Under the pieces are notes generated by a model. That model did no database searches. It was not told where the DNA came from and saw only the letters and a list, made by a program, of their open reading frames with translations. This document shows positions 9,715 through 19,080 of a DNA stretch of 64,000 nt, piece after piece. The position numbers and the translations under genes were made by a program. The stretch spans positions 1,088,001 through 1,152,000 of the forward strand of contig CBDCDA010000002.1 of the NCBI GenBank assembly GCA_965215335.1, in the 5' to 3' direction. How positions within the stretch are numbered: position 1 is the first letter of the stretch; the number at the start of each line of letters is the position of its first letter. This stretch comes from an uncultured Candidatus Entotheonella sp. Its GTDB lineage: Bacteria; Tectomicrobia; Entotheonellia; Entotheonellales; Entotheonellaceae.

Positions 9715-11202
9715 CTACCCCAGCCGGCGCTTCAACTGGCGATAGTACATCTTCAGCACCTCGATTCGTGCCCACGGCTTGTTGTTGGCTGACACCAGGT
9801 GCCAGGGGGCGTACTCGGTGCTGGTGCGTTGCACCATCTCGTGCAGGGCCAGTTCGTAGTCTCGCCATTTCTTGCGGTTTCGGTAATCCTCCTTGGTCAT
9901 CTTGAACTTCTTGTATGGCGTATCCAGACGGGCCTGAAAACGACGCATCTGCTCGTCCGCGTCGATGTGCAGCCAGAACTTCATCAGCAGGATGCCGTGC
10001 TCACTCAGTTGTTCTTCGAAGGTATTGATCTCGCTGTAGGCACGCCGCCATTCCGGCTCGCTGGCGAAGCTCTCGATGCGCTCGACCAGGACCCGGCCAT
10101 ACCAACTGCGGTCGAAGATGAGCACCCGGCCGGCACGCGGCAGATGGCGCCAGAAACGCCACAAGTAATGGTGCGCCTTTTCCTCCTCGGTGGGCGCGGC
10201 GATGGGCACGATCTGAAAATTTACCGGGTCCATGGCGGCAATCAGGCGCCGGATCACCCCGCCCTTGCCGGCGGCGTCCCAGCCCTCGAACACCAGAACG
10301 CTGGTGAGACCGACCTCGCGCGCCTGGCGCGTCAGGCGGTTCAGTTGCGCCTGATACGTCCGCAGTTGCGCACGGTATTGAGCCTTCGGCAGCTTCTTGC
10401 CGAGATCGACCGTATCGAGGATGGTCGGATCGTCTTCAGTAATCGTATTGACGACCTGCCCATTACCGGACGGCGACAGCGCGGCCGGCGGCTGCGTCAG
10501 CCGCCGGGTCAGGCTTTCCAGGATGGTGCGGGTAATGTACAAATTGCGGTAATGCGGGTCGGTGCTTTCCACGACGTGCCAGGGCGCCTCGCCGGTGCTC
10601 GTTTCGCGCACCACCTGCTCGGCGATAGGCAGCACCTTGTCGTAGCGGCTGTAGATCTCCCAGTCCTCGGTATCCACCTGCCAGCCCCGCTCAGGGTGTT
10701 TCCTGGCCTGCTTCAGGCGCTTTTTGAGCTCATTTTTGGGCAGGTGCAGCCAGAACTTCAGCAGCAGGGCGCCGTCGTTGACCAGATGTTCCTCGAAGCG
10801 CCGGATGTGATCAATCTGCTGCTGCACCTGCACCGGGTCGAGGGTGCTGTCGAAACGCTCCCGGATCAGGGCCCCCACCCAGGCACCGAGAAAAATGCCG
10901 ATGCGGCCGCGGGGTGGCAGCCGGCGCCAGTAGCGCCAGAAACGCGGGCGTTCGAGTTCCTCTTCGGTCGGCGGCCCCAGCGCGTTGGTCTGCATGAAGC
11001 GTGCGTCCATGACCTCGTGCAGCTTGCGCAGAATATCGTTGCACCCCGCCCGGTCGTTGCCGGCAATAATGATGATGACCGGAAAATCCGCCCGGCGCAG
11101 ATCGTACTGCGCGTTGACCAGATCAACCCGCATCTGGGGAACGAGGGTCTCGTATTCGGCTTTCCGTACCTTGTGCCCTACCTCGGCAGCTTCAAACACC
11201 AC
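9715..11202 (-). CDS. pap: Polyphosphate:AMP phosphotransferase (two-domain PPK2)
   Basis: Tandem PPK2 domains; FEGWDAAGKGG and FDRSWYGRVLVER; LLKFWLH occurs in both halves. Confidence 0.9.
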   Translation of the reverse strand: MVFEAAEVGHKVRKAEYETLVPQMRVDLVNAQYDLRRADFPVIIIIAGNDRAGCNDILRKLHEVMDARFMQTNALGPPTEEELERPRFWRYWRRLPPRGRIGIFLGAWVGALIRERFDSTLDPVQVQQQIDHIRRFEEHLVNDGALLLKFWLHLPKNELKKRLKQARKHPERGWQVDTEDWEIYSRYDKVLPIAEQVVRETSTGEAPWHVVESTDPHYRNLYITRTILESLTRRLTQPPAALSPSGNGQVVNTITEDDPTILDTVDLGKKLPKAQYRAQLRTYQAQLNRLTRQAREVGLTSVLVFEGWDAAGKGGVIRRLIAAMDPVNFQIVPIAAPTEEEKAHHYLWRFWRHLPRAGRVLIFDRSWYGRVLVERIESFASEPEWRRAYSEINTFEEQLSEHGILLMKFWLHIDADEQMRRFQARLDTPYKKFKMTKEDYRNRKKWRDYELALHEMVQRTSTEYAPWHLVSANNKPWARIEVLKMYYRQLKRRLG

Positions 11203-11234
11203 GATTCTCCTTGTTTCACATCGGGTTACGCATA

Positions 11235-11387
11235 CGTGGAGGCGTCAGAGGACGTAGAGAGGACGGTGGCAAGTTCTCCGGCTTGGGTAAAGCTGGCCGG
11301 ATGTCGGTTCATGATGCGAAGGATCGCTCGGTCTCAGAGGCCGCGCAATTCTGCTGAGAGCTGCCTGATGACTTATGGAACAGACTC
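11235..11387 (+). mobile_element. IS5-family transposase C-terminal remnant with terminal IR
   Basis: Encodes ..DVERTVASSPAWVKLAGCRFMMRRIAR; ends in GACTTATGGAACAGACTC, the same IR as the MITE at 553-700. Confidence 0.6.
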
Positions 11388-11567
11388 TAAAGTCGAGCCA
11401 AGACCGATGAGGGCCGGATCGGGACCCATTTCCGCCGATTTTTCAATGACTTGTGATCCACATGGAACCGTGGCGCAGACCGTATGGCCGAGGCTTTGCA
11501 GGCGCTCTTCAACGTCTTCGGCGACAGGCTTCTCATCTTCGACAAGCAGTATCTTTGCGTGGGTCAC
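11388..11567 (-). pseudogene. Response regulator receiver domain, truncated by the IS end
   Basis: KILLVEDEKPVAEDVEERLQSLGH; breaks at the IR at 11387. Confidence 0.7.
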
Positions 11568-11618
11568 GGTGTTGGCTTCTTTTTTTGACGGAATCCGGAT
11601 TCCCGAGGTTTTCGTTTG

Positions 11619-12518
11619 ATGGTATCACGTTCCGCACACGCACTCGAAGATTTGTCCGTCCTGCTTGCCTTTGCCCACCCGGACGACGAAGGCTTTGCCA
11701 CGGGCGGTCTTCTGGCGCTTCTGGCGAGCCGGGGTGCGCGGCTCACCCTGGTCTGCGCCACCAACGGCGACGTCGGCGAGATCAGCGATCCGACCCTCGC
11801 CACCCCGGAGACGCTCGGCCGGGTACGTCAGGCGGAATTGTGGCAGGCGATGGCCGTGACCGGCGTGCACGACCTGCGGTTCCTGAACTACCGCGATTCC
11901 GGCATGGCCGGCACGGACGACAACCAACACGCCAATGCCCTCATGCAGGCGCCGACGGATGAGGTGGTCGGCCGGTTGGTGGGCGTGATGCGCGAAACCC
12001 GCCCGCGGATCGTGATCACCCACGACCCGACCGGCGGCTATGGTCACCCGGACCACGTCGCCATGTCCGGGCACGTCACCGCTGCCTTTCGACTGGCTGC
12101 CGACGCGGGCGCCTACCCGGAGCAGCTCGCCCGGAGCCCCCAGCGGTGGCGTCCGAGACTGCTTTACTACGTCTGCTTTCCGCGCAGCTTCTTCCGCCGC
12201 ATGTGGCAATACCTGCGCGAGGCGGGCATCCGTCCGCCGTTTGCCAGCGAGGAGGTCGAAACCCTCGGCACCCCGGACGACGCGGTGACGACGGTCGTCG
12301 ATGTCGAGCCCTATCTGGCCACCAAAATCGCCTCGCTGAACTGCCATCGCACGCAAATCGATTCCCAGGGACCCTTCCATAAATTGCCCGCCCACAGGCT
12401 GCATGATATGATGCGCAACGAGTATTTCACGCTGGCTCTGCCGAACGACGCAGGGGCTGACGCTGACCTGCTGGGCAGGCTGGCGCCTGCCACAGCCCGC
12501 CAACCGGGGCTGCCCTGA
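11619..12518 (+). CDS. PIG-L family deacetylase (MshB/Mca-like)
   Basis: AHPDDE, RDSGM, GGYGHPDH and HRTQ motifs. Confidence 0.9.
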   Translation: MVSRSAHALEDLSVLLAFAHPDDEGFATGGLLALLASRGARLTLVCATNGDVGEISDPTLATPETLGRVRQAELWQAMAVTGVHDLRFLNYRDSGMAGTDDNQHANALMQAPTDEVVGRLVGVMRETRPRIVITHDPTGGYGHPDHVAMSGHVTAAFRLAADAGAYPEQLARSPQRWRPRLLYYVCFPRSFFRRMWQYLREAGIRPPFASEEVETLGTPDDAVTTVVDVEPYLATKIASLNCHRTQIDSQGPFHKLPAHRLHDMMRNEYFTLALPNDAGADADLLGRLAPATARQPGLP

Positions 12519-12604
12519 CGCTGTTCGCATCGGCTGGTTTACTGCTGCGATACGTTCTTCCCTTCTGGCCCACGAATTCAGCGAAAATCCTGGAGCGCGG
12601 TACC

Positions 12605-13408
12605 ATGGCACAAGCCGAGTTGACCCTGAAGCAGCACGGGTTCGGGCAAACAAGACGCCGGGACCTGTGGTGGCTGCAGCCGCTGGCGGTCTTTACAGGA
12701 CTGTCTATCTTTGTGATCTATTCCACCTGGGCGGCCTTTCAAGGCCAGCATTACGCCTTCGGGCCGTATCTGTCGCCCATGTACTCGCCGGAGATTTTCG
12801 GCGAGTCCTCGCATAGCTGGTTCGGCCCCAAGCCGTCCTGGTGGCCCGCGGTGCTGCCGTGGTCGCCGGCTTTTCTGATCCTGTGGGCGCCCCTCGGCTT
12901 TCGTCTCACCTGCTATTACTATCGCGGCGCCTATTACAAGGCGTTCTGGGCCGATCCGCCGGCCTGTGCCGTGGCCGAGCCCCGCCACCGCTACCTGGGC
13001 GAAAACTCCTTTCCGCTGATTCTGCAGAACACCCATCGCTATTTTCTCTACGTCGCGCTGCTCTTCCCGATTTTCCTCGCCTACGATGTCTGGAACGCCC
13101 TGTGGTTCACGGATGAAGCAACGGGGGCCGCGTCCTTCGGCCTCGGCCTCGGCACGCTGGTGCTGGCGATCAACGTGGTGCTGCTGAGCGGTTACGCGCT
13201 GGGTTGTCATTCGCTGCGCCACCTGATCGGCGGCATTCGGGATCGCCTGTCGGCCTCCCCGGCGCGGCTGAAGGCTTACAACTGCGTGAGTTGCCTGAAT
13301 CGCAAGCACATGCTGTGGGCCTGGACGAGTCTGGTTTGGGTCGGATTTTCGGACCTTTACGTGCGCCTGTGTGCCATGGGGATATGGACTGACTTAAGGA
13401 TTTTGTAA
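12605..13408 (+). CDS. sdhC: Succinate dehydrogenase/fumarate reductase membrane anchor, Rv0249c-like (Sdh1 type)
   Basis: Hydrophobic; FRLTCYYYRGAYY, DPPACAV, GCHSLRH and HMLWAW motifs; adjacent to the flavoprotein gene. Confidence 0.8.
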   Translation: MAQAELTLKQHGFGQTRRRDLWWLQPLAVFTGLSIFVIYSTWAAFQGQHYAFGPYLSPMYSPEIFGESSHSWFGPKPSWWPAVLPWSPAFLILWAPLGFRLTCYYYRGAYYKAFWADPPACAVAEPRHRYLGENSFPLILQNTHRYFLYVALLFPIFLAYDVWNALWFTDEATGAASFGLGLGTLVLAINVVLLSGYALGCHSLRHLIGGIRDRLSASPARLKAYNCVSCLNRKHMLWAWTSLVWVGFSDLYVRLCAMGIWTDLRIL

Positions 13409-15234
13409 TGCTCAACTACGAAACGCACGAGTACGACGTGTTGGTCATCGGCGCCGGCGGCGCCGGCCTGCGGGCGGCCATCGAGGCTTCGGCCACCCGG
13501 CTGTCCGTCGGTCTGGTTTGCAAATCGCTGCTCGGCAAGGCCCACACGGTGATGGCCGAGGGCGGCATCGCCGCGGCCCTGGCGAACGTGGACCAGCGCG
13601 ACGACTGGAAGGTGCATTTCACCGACACCATGCGCGGCGGCCAGTACGTGAACAACTGGCGCATGGCCGAGCTGCACGCCAAGGAGGCGCCGGCGTGCGT
13701 GCGCGAGCTGGAGGCGTGGGGCGCGTTGTTCGACCGCACGCCGGACGGGCGCATCCTGCAGCGCAACTTCGGCGGGCACAAATACCCCCGGCTGGCGCAC
13801 GTCGGCGACCGCACCGGGCTGGAAATGATCCGCACACTGCAGGACCACGGCGTTCATCAGGGCATCGAGGTGCACATGGAGTGCACGGTCGTCACCCTGC
13901 TGAAGGACGACGGGCGGGTGGTCGGCGCCTTTGGCTACGACCGCGAGCGCGGACGCTTCCGGGTGTTCCGCGCCAAGGCGGTGGTCCTGGGCACCGGCGG
14001 CGTGGGCCGTGCCTACAAGATCACCAGCAACAGTTGGGAATACACCGGCGACGGGCATTCGCTGGCCTACCACGCCGGGGCGGACCTGATGGACATGGAG
14101 TTCGTGCAGTTTCATCCCACCGGCATGGTGTGGCCGCCGAGCGTGCGCGGCATCCTGGTTACCGAGGGCGTGCGCGGCGAGGGCGGCGTACTGCGCAACC
14201 GCGAAGGCCGGCGCTTCATGTTCGACGACATCCCGGAACTGTACCGCAACCAGACGTCGGACAACGAGGAAGAGGGCTGGCGCTATACCCAGGGCGACCC
14301 CGACGCCCGGCGCCCACCGGAGTTGCTGACGCGCGATCACGTGGCGCGCTGCATCGTGCGCGAGATCAAGGAAGGGCGCGGCAGCCCGCACGACGGCGTG
14401 TTCCTCGACATTGCCTGGATCAAGGAAAGGCTGCCGACCGCCGAGGAGCACATCCGGCGCAAGCTGCCGAGCATGTACCACCAGTTCAGGCAACTGGCCG
14501 GCATCGACATCACCAAGGAGGCGATGGAGGTAGGGCCGACGACGCACTACATCATGGGCGGCATCCGGGTGGATGCGGACACCCAGATGTCGAACGTCCC
14601 CGGCCTGTTCGCTGCCGGGGAATGCGCCGCCGGACTGCACGGCGCCAATCGGCTGGGTGGCAACTCGCTGTCCGATCTGCTGGTGTTCGGCAAGCGGGCC
14701 GGCAGGTACGCGGCTGAGTTCGCGGCCGAGAACGGCGCCGGCGCTATCGACGCGGCGCGGGTTGAAGCGACCGCCACCTGGGCTTTGGGCTATTTCGAGT
14801 CGAACGGCAGCGCTGCGTCTGAGGCGGAGAATCCTTATCGCGTGCAGGCGGGCCTGCAGGACATGATGCAGGATCTGGTCGGCATCGTGCGCACTGAAAG
14901 CGACCTGCGGAAGGGCGTCGAGGCGCTGCGGGAGCTGGCCGAACGTGCCGAGCGGGTCAGCGTGCAGGGCAACCGTGAATACAACGCCGGCTGGCATACG
15001 GCGATGGACCTGCGCCACCTGCTGACCGTATCGGAGGCGATTGCCCTAGCGGCGTTGGAGCGCAAGGAAAGCCGGGGGGCGCATTTCCGGGAGGATTATC
15101 CCGACAAGGACGACAACGAGGCGCGCGACAGCATTATCGTTCGCAAGGGCCCGGACGGCGAGATGCAGGTGACGCGAGAAGCTCTGCCCGCGACCCGTGC
15201 CGACCTGCAAACCGTTATCGAGGAGATGATGTAG
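13408..15234 (+). CDS. sdhA: Succinate dehydrogenase/fumarate reductase flavoprotein subunit
   Basis: IGAGGAG, KAHTVMAEGG, QFHPTG, HGANRLGGNSL and ESRGAHFR motifs; the last codons overlap the island att core. Confidence 0.95.
   Translation: MLNYETHEYDVLVIGAGGAGLRAAIEASATRLSVGLVCKSLLGKAHTVMAEGGIAAALANVDQRDDWKVHFTDTMRGGQYVNNWRMAELHAKEAPACVRELEAWGALFDRTPDGRILQRNFGGHKYPRLAHVGDRTGLEMIRTLQDHGVHQGIEVHMECTVVTLLKDDGRVVGAFGYDRERGRFRVFRAKAVVLGTGGVGRAYKITSNSWEYTGDGHSLAYHAGADLMDMEFVQFHPTGMVWPPSVRGILVTEGVRGEGGVLRNREGRRFMFDDIPELYRNQTSDNEEEGWRYTQGDPDARRPPELLTRDHVARCIVREIKEGRGSPHDGVFLDIAWIKERLPTAEEHIRRKLPSMYHQFRQLAGIDITKEAMEVGPTTHYIMGGIRVDADTQMSNVPGLFAAGECAAGLHGANRLGGNSLSDLLVFGKRAGRYAAEFAAENGAGAIDAARVEATATWALGYFESNGSAASEAENPYRVQAGLQDMMQDLVGIVRTESDLRKGVEALRELAERAERVSVQGNREYNAGWHTAMDLRHLLTVSEAIALAALERKESRGAHFREDYPDKDDNEARDSIIVRKGPDGEMQVTREALPATRADLQTVIEEMM
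15217..15228 (+). repeat. attL core
   Basis: ATCGAGGAGATG, identical to 26784-26795. Confidence 0.85.
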
Positions 15235-15251
15235 ATTTCAAACCCCTTGAA

Positions 15252-15303
15252 AATCAATCCTTTAGATTACCCTGGATGCGTACTGTCCGCCTCATTGTCC
15301 GTG
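15252..15303 (+). promoter_or_regulatory. IHF-consensus site and paired arm-type integrase sites (left arm)
   Basis: AATCAATCCTTTA matches WATCAANNNNTTR; TGTCCGC-N4-TTGTCCGTG (15284-15303) recurs at 26656-26674. Confidence 0.6.
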
Positions 15304-15304
15304 T

Positions 15305-15935
15305 TTACGGCCCGAAGAGCCGCTTCGCATACGCGCGCTGGTCCGCCTCCGTCACGATGTTGTAGCGGTCGAACATCACACGTGTCTTGTGCCCCATGAT
15401 CGACATGATCACCTTCTCGGGAACGCCCTGCAGGGACATGTTCCGGGCCGCGCTGCGGCGCAGGCTGTGAAACCAGCGGTGTCCCAGACCGGCTTCACGA
15501 CAGGCTTTCTCTCACGCCCAGCGGAACGTGCCAAGGTAACTACCAGCATGGCGGAAGACGTGCAGCGCCAGAGTCCGTCCCGCCTTGCGGGCCTGCCAGC
15601 GCCGCTCGATCAACGCAGCCAGTTCGCCTTGTAGCGCCAGCACCCGCACCGTGCGCCCCTTGTTCTGCCCCGGCTCCAGACGAATCACTGCGCCGGAGCG
15701 GTCCACGTTGTTCCACCGCAAGCCAACGATTTCACCCTTCCGCCAGCCGGTCAGGAATCCAAACAGAACCACGTCGCGCAGGTACTCCGGCAGGCAGGGC
15801 AGCAACGTGTCGATCTCCGCGCGGGTGAAAAACTCGTTGCGTACTCTCAACTCCGGCAGCCGTTTGATGACCGGCATCCTCGACACGAGATCGTGTTCGT
15901 ATCCGAGCCGGAAGGCGACCCGGAGAACGGACACA
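15305..15935 (-). pseudogene. Tyrosine integrase catalytic domain (N-terminus lost, in-frame TGA)
   Basis: LTGWRKGEI...[12 protein letters not shown]...[16 protein letters not shown] at 15512-15514 within FRWA*EKAC. Confidence 0.9.
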
Positions 15936-15939
15936 TCTT

Positions 15940-16068
15940 GCCGACAAGGGCTACGACAGCAACCGGTTGCGCCAGGCGCTTGCCAGGCGAGGCATCCAGT
16001 CCTGCATTCCAGGCCGTGCCAACCGTAAAGAGCCAATCGTTTACGACACCGAACTTTACAAGAGCCGC
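15940..16068 (+). mobile_element. IS5-family transposase internal fragment (part A)
   Basis: Closely similar to 20936-21064 (ADKGYDSNRLRQALARRG...YKSR). Confidence 0.85.
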
Positions 16069-16281
16069 GATCCGCCGTAAGGGTGAAGGTCAGACAGACT
16101 GGGAACGGCTGCGGCGGGAACAGGAGGCGGGCCTGGAGCCGGAAGCAGATCCGGACGAAGGCGAGTTCGATTGGTCGCAGGCCAAGGTTGTGATGCCGCC
16201 GTCGGTACGCATTGACCGGGTGTGCTGGATTTCTTCAAGTCCCAGGGGCGCGGCTATCAGACGCGCATCAATGCGGTCCCA
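16069..16281 (+). pseudogene. BrnA-type antitoxin remnant (inverted, frameshifted)
   Basis: TDWERLRRE...FDWSQAKVVMPP.SVRID then LDFFKSQGRGYQTRINAV in another frame. Confidence 0.75.
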
Positions 16282-16417
16282 GGCTCAGGACTCATAACCA
16301 GAAGATGACCGTGACAGCAATACAGATAGCGCTGTAGAAAGTGTGCGCACAGCGATCATGCCGCGTGGCGATGTGACGCCAATCCTTGAGTCTGCCGAAC
16401 AGGCGCTCAATAACATT
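16282..16417 (-). mobile_element. IS5-family transposase C-terminus and right end (part B, inverted)
   Basis: Reverse complement encodes NVIERLFGRLKDWRHIATRHDRCAHTFYSAICIAVTVIFWL*, matching 21065-21200. Confidence 0.85.
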
Positions 16418-16688
16418 GCCTCCTCCAAGACATGCGCGTGATAGGCTCGTCTTTCATTTTTCCTGCCCGCCTAGCAGTGATGATTCTTTGGCGACTGTTT
16501 CGGACCGTGCAAACCACGACAATTTCGATCCTGTCCACAACACCGACCGCGAGCCGCCGGTCTTCGTCCATCCGTGGCGACGGTGTTTCCCAAACCGTGC
16601 CGTCAAAAATCCGAATGGCATCTTCAAAGTCGAGGCCGCGCTGCTCCAAGACTGACTTTCGCTTCTTCTCGTCCCACTCGAAATCCAT
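16407..16688 (-). CDS. BrnT-family toxin (probable C-terminal frameshift)
   Basis: MDFEWDEKKR...GLDFEDAIRIF...RIITARRA; the expected KNERRAY tail is in another frame. Confidence 0.8.
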   Translation of the reverse strand: MDFEWDEKKRKSVLEQRGLDFEDAIRIFDGTVWETPSPRMDEDRRLAVGVVDRIEIVVVCTVRNSRQRIITARRAGKMKDEPITRMSWRRQCY

Positions 16689-16716
16689 GGGAAATTCGTC
16701 GCATTCTTCCCTGGCT

Positions 16717-18033
16717 CAATAGGTCGGACAGAATTTAGGCCGCCCTGTCCGCGATCGTGCCATAGTTGCGAAGGTCTTGGTATTCGGGGCTGGATTTTTC
16801 CAGGCTATGTCCCTGGGCTAAATACCGAGAAATTCGCTCAAGTAGGTGTTGGTTGAAGGCGCGACGTTTGACACTCGCCATGGAAAATCCTGCCTGGCTA
16901 ACGCCGCTTTGCTGCCGAGCTTCCAGTTTGCCCAAACTCATAGCACTCGTGCTCGCATTGAAGTGAACATGCAGCTTGGCTTGGGAACGCGCTTGACAGG
17001 CACTCAGAGACGTAAACTGCTTGGCGTCTCGGAAGAGAAATTCGATCTGGAAGCGCGCTTTGTAGGCGCGATAGAGGCTGTGCACATCCACGTCGGTATC
17101 CGTGCTGAACAGCACCGCCCGCCGGTGAGTGCGGGTATCGACCACGAGCACCACACGCAGATTGCGCCGAAGATGCACGTGGTTGAGGACTTGGTGATAG
17201 AGCACGACGGCGTCGTCTTGGCTCGCTACACGCTCAAAGCGTGTCAGGTCGTCCCAATGGACCTTGCCGTCATAAGTCTTGGGTCGCCCGGGTCCTGGGC
17301 GTCCCGGTCCTTGGTAGAGATAGCGCAGATTGGCGTCACGGCGCAGCTTGCCAATCTGATGCAGCCCCAGGGCACGAAGTCCGTCAAGGAATTTACGTTT
17401 GCTGTAATAGCCGTCCGTTATCACATAGCGTAGATGATGGAGTTGGTGGCCACAGACCACGCCTCGCAATTGCTCCAGATAGGCATCGATACGGGTGCCT
17501 TGCACCTCAGAGGTCTTGTCGCTCGGCGGTGTCTGCTCAACACTGAGGCCATAGGCGCATCTGTCGGTGAGGTCGAGCCAGGCTATAGCCGAGACTTCCA
17601 GACCTTTTTCACTGCGCCGGTGGCCACTATTCCAGAAGGGTTCAAGACCATAGGTGTGGTTGCCACTTTTGGGGATGAAGCTGGCATCGATGACCAGAGC
17701 CTGTTGATGATCAGGCGGGATGACCTGGGTAATGGCCGCCTTGTTGAGTGCGACAAAGTCGAAGGGTCGGTCGTACCAGCGCGCAAAGGTGCGCTCGTGA
17801 TATGGACTGTAGCGGCTGAGATTGCGAAACGTGGCGTGTCCGGGAAGCATCAGGAGAAGTCCCAAGAGATGGGCGACGAATTTGCGTTGCGGTTTCTTGG
17901 TTTGGGCTAAGGTCGGCAGTACACTTTGAAGCAGTCGCACGGGGCGCCTCCATTCTCAGTTGCGTTGGCTACACAACTATAGAATTGGAGAACCCGTGCG
18001 GCTACCTAGCTGTCAAAACTGTCCGAAGTATTG
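16717..18033 (-). mobile_element. Apparently intact insertion sequence (IS4/IS701-like) with terminal IRs
   Basis: IRs CAATAGGTCGGACAG and (reverse complement) CAATACTTCGGACAG flank the transposase. Confidence 0.8.
16735..17940 (-). CDS. DDE transposase
   Basis: VIDASFIPKSG, ITDGYYS and YKARFQIEFLFRDAKQ (YREK-like) motifs. Confidence 0.9.
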   Translation of the reverse strand: MRLLQSVLPTLAQTKKPQRKFVAHLLGLLLMLPGHATFRNLSRYSPYHERTFARWYDRPFDFVALNKAAITQVIPPDHQQALVIDASFIPKSGNHTYGLEPFWNSGHRRSEKGLEVSAIAWLDLTDRCAYGLSVEQTPPSDKTSEVQGTRIDAYLEQLRGVVCGHQLHHLRYVITDGYYSKRKFLDGLRALGLHQIGKLRRDANLRYLYQGPGRPGPGRPKTYDGKVHWDDLTRFERVASQDDAVVLYHQVLNHVHLRRNLRVVLVVDTRTHRRAVLFSTDTDVDVHSLYRAYKARFQIEFLFRDAKQFTSLSACQARSQAKLHVHFNASTSAMSLGKLEARQQSGVSQAGFSMASVKRRAFNQHLLERISRYLAQGHSLEKSSPEYQDLRNYGTIADRAA

Positions 18034-18050
18034 CTGGAAAGGGACAAGAC

Positions 18051-18236
18051 ATGCAGGACCTACGGACAGCGGAAGAAAAAGTGTTCATCGAGGATCTGGA
18101 CGCCATGGGCAAGGAACTGGGAGAACAACTGCGGCAGGAGCACTTCAGCCGCGGCAAGCCGCTTATCATCGAGCGCGGCGGCGTCACAATGCTGAAACAC
18201 CCTGACGGGCGGGTTACGCCGGCCGATGGCGAGTGA
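18051..18236 (+). CDS. Small protein, putative antitoxin partner of the zeta-like ATPase
   Basis: 61 aa; GTGA overlap with the downstream P-loop gene. Confidence 0.55.
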   Translation: MQDLRTAEEKVFIEDLDAMGKELGEQLRQEHFSRGKPLIIERGGVTMLKHPDGRVTPADGE

Positions 18237-18853
18237 TAGAGCAAACGGACCCAGGCCGCTCGCTTTTAACCGTCATTGCCGGGCCGAACGGGGCGGGAAA
18301 GTCCACGTACGTGGAAGGCTTGGCGGCCAGGGGTTATCCTTTGGGTGAAGTGGTCAACCCTGACGTGATTGCCGCGGCGCTGCCCGGGCCGGACGCCACG
18401 CGGGACACTCGCGCCGGGCGGGCGGCCTTGCACCGCACCCGCGCCTTGATCGCCAGCGGTCAGACGTTCAGCCGCGAGACGACCCTTTCCGGCAGCGAAA
18501 TTCTCCGCACGATGCGGGCGGCGAAAGAGACGGGCTTCCGGGTCAGCCTGTTCTTCCTTGGCGTGGATTCCCTCGAGACGAGCCGTAGACGTATTGAGGA
18601 TCGCATAAGTAAGGGTGGGCATGGCATCCCCCCGCAAGTGCAAGAGCGGCGTTTCGATCGCAGCTTCGCCAACGCGGCCCGGGCAGCGCGGATCGCGGAT
18701 ACGACGGTGTTTGTACACAGCATGGAAGAACAATTCCAAAGCGTGGCCATGACCCGACGTGGAATGATGGCATGGCGTGCTGACATGCCAGGTTCCCAGT
18801 GGTTGGACCGAATCATCCGGGACTTGGGTCGGACAGCCTCAACGGGGCGCTGA
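18233..18853 (+). CDS. Zeta-toxin-like P-loop kinase/ATPase
   Basis: IAGPNGAGKST, VNPD, FSRETTLSG and R..KGGH.IP motifs. Confidence 0.85.
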   Translation: MIEQTDPGRSLLTVIAGPNGAGKSTYVEGLAARGYPLGEVVNPDVIAAALPGPDATRDTRAGRAALHRTRALIASGQTFSRETTLSGSEILRTMRAAKETGFRVSLFFLGVDSLETSRRRIEDRISKGGHGIPPQVQERRFDRSFANAARAARIADTTVFVHSMEEQFQSVAMTRRGMMAWRADMPGSQWLDRIIRDLGRTASTGR

Positions 18854-19080
18854 CGGACCTGAAAGTTATCGTGGTGTGTCCGCCCAACTGTCCCCGATAC
18901 GGCCGCCTGTCGCACGGTCTGGCGGTTCTCGGATCGGGCATTGGCAGCACGAAAGTCGGCAGCGATTACACTGCGACGAGCGCTGAAGCCAGCGGGACCA
19001 GCCGCACGACGTAGACGGGCGACAACCTGGGCACCATGCGCGGCATGAGTTCCGAAAGCCAGTAGGGACAGGTTGAGTGT

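Noticed and set aside
15512..15514. In-frame TGA in the integrase as selenocysteine or readthrough
   Set aside because: The context fits Trp (AWEKAC) rather than Cys, and the gene is also 5'-truncated, so this is a nonsense mutation
16711..18040. Target-site duplication around the IS4/IS701-like element
   Set aside because: Flanks CTGGCT and CTGGAA match only partly, so no clean duplication can be claimed
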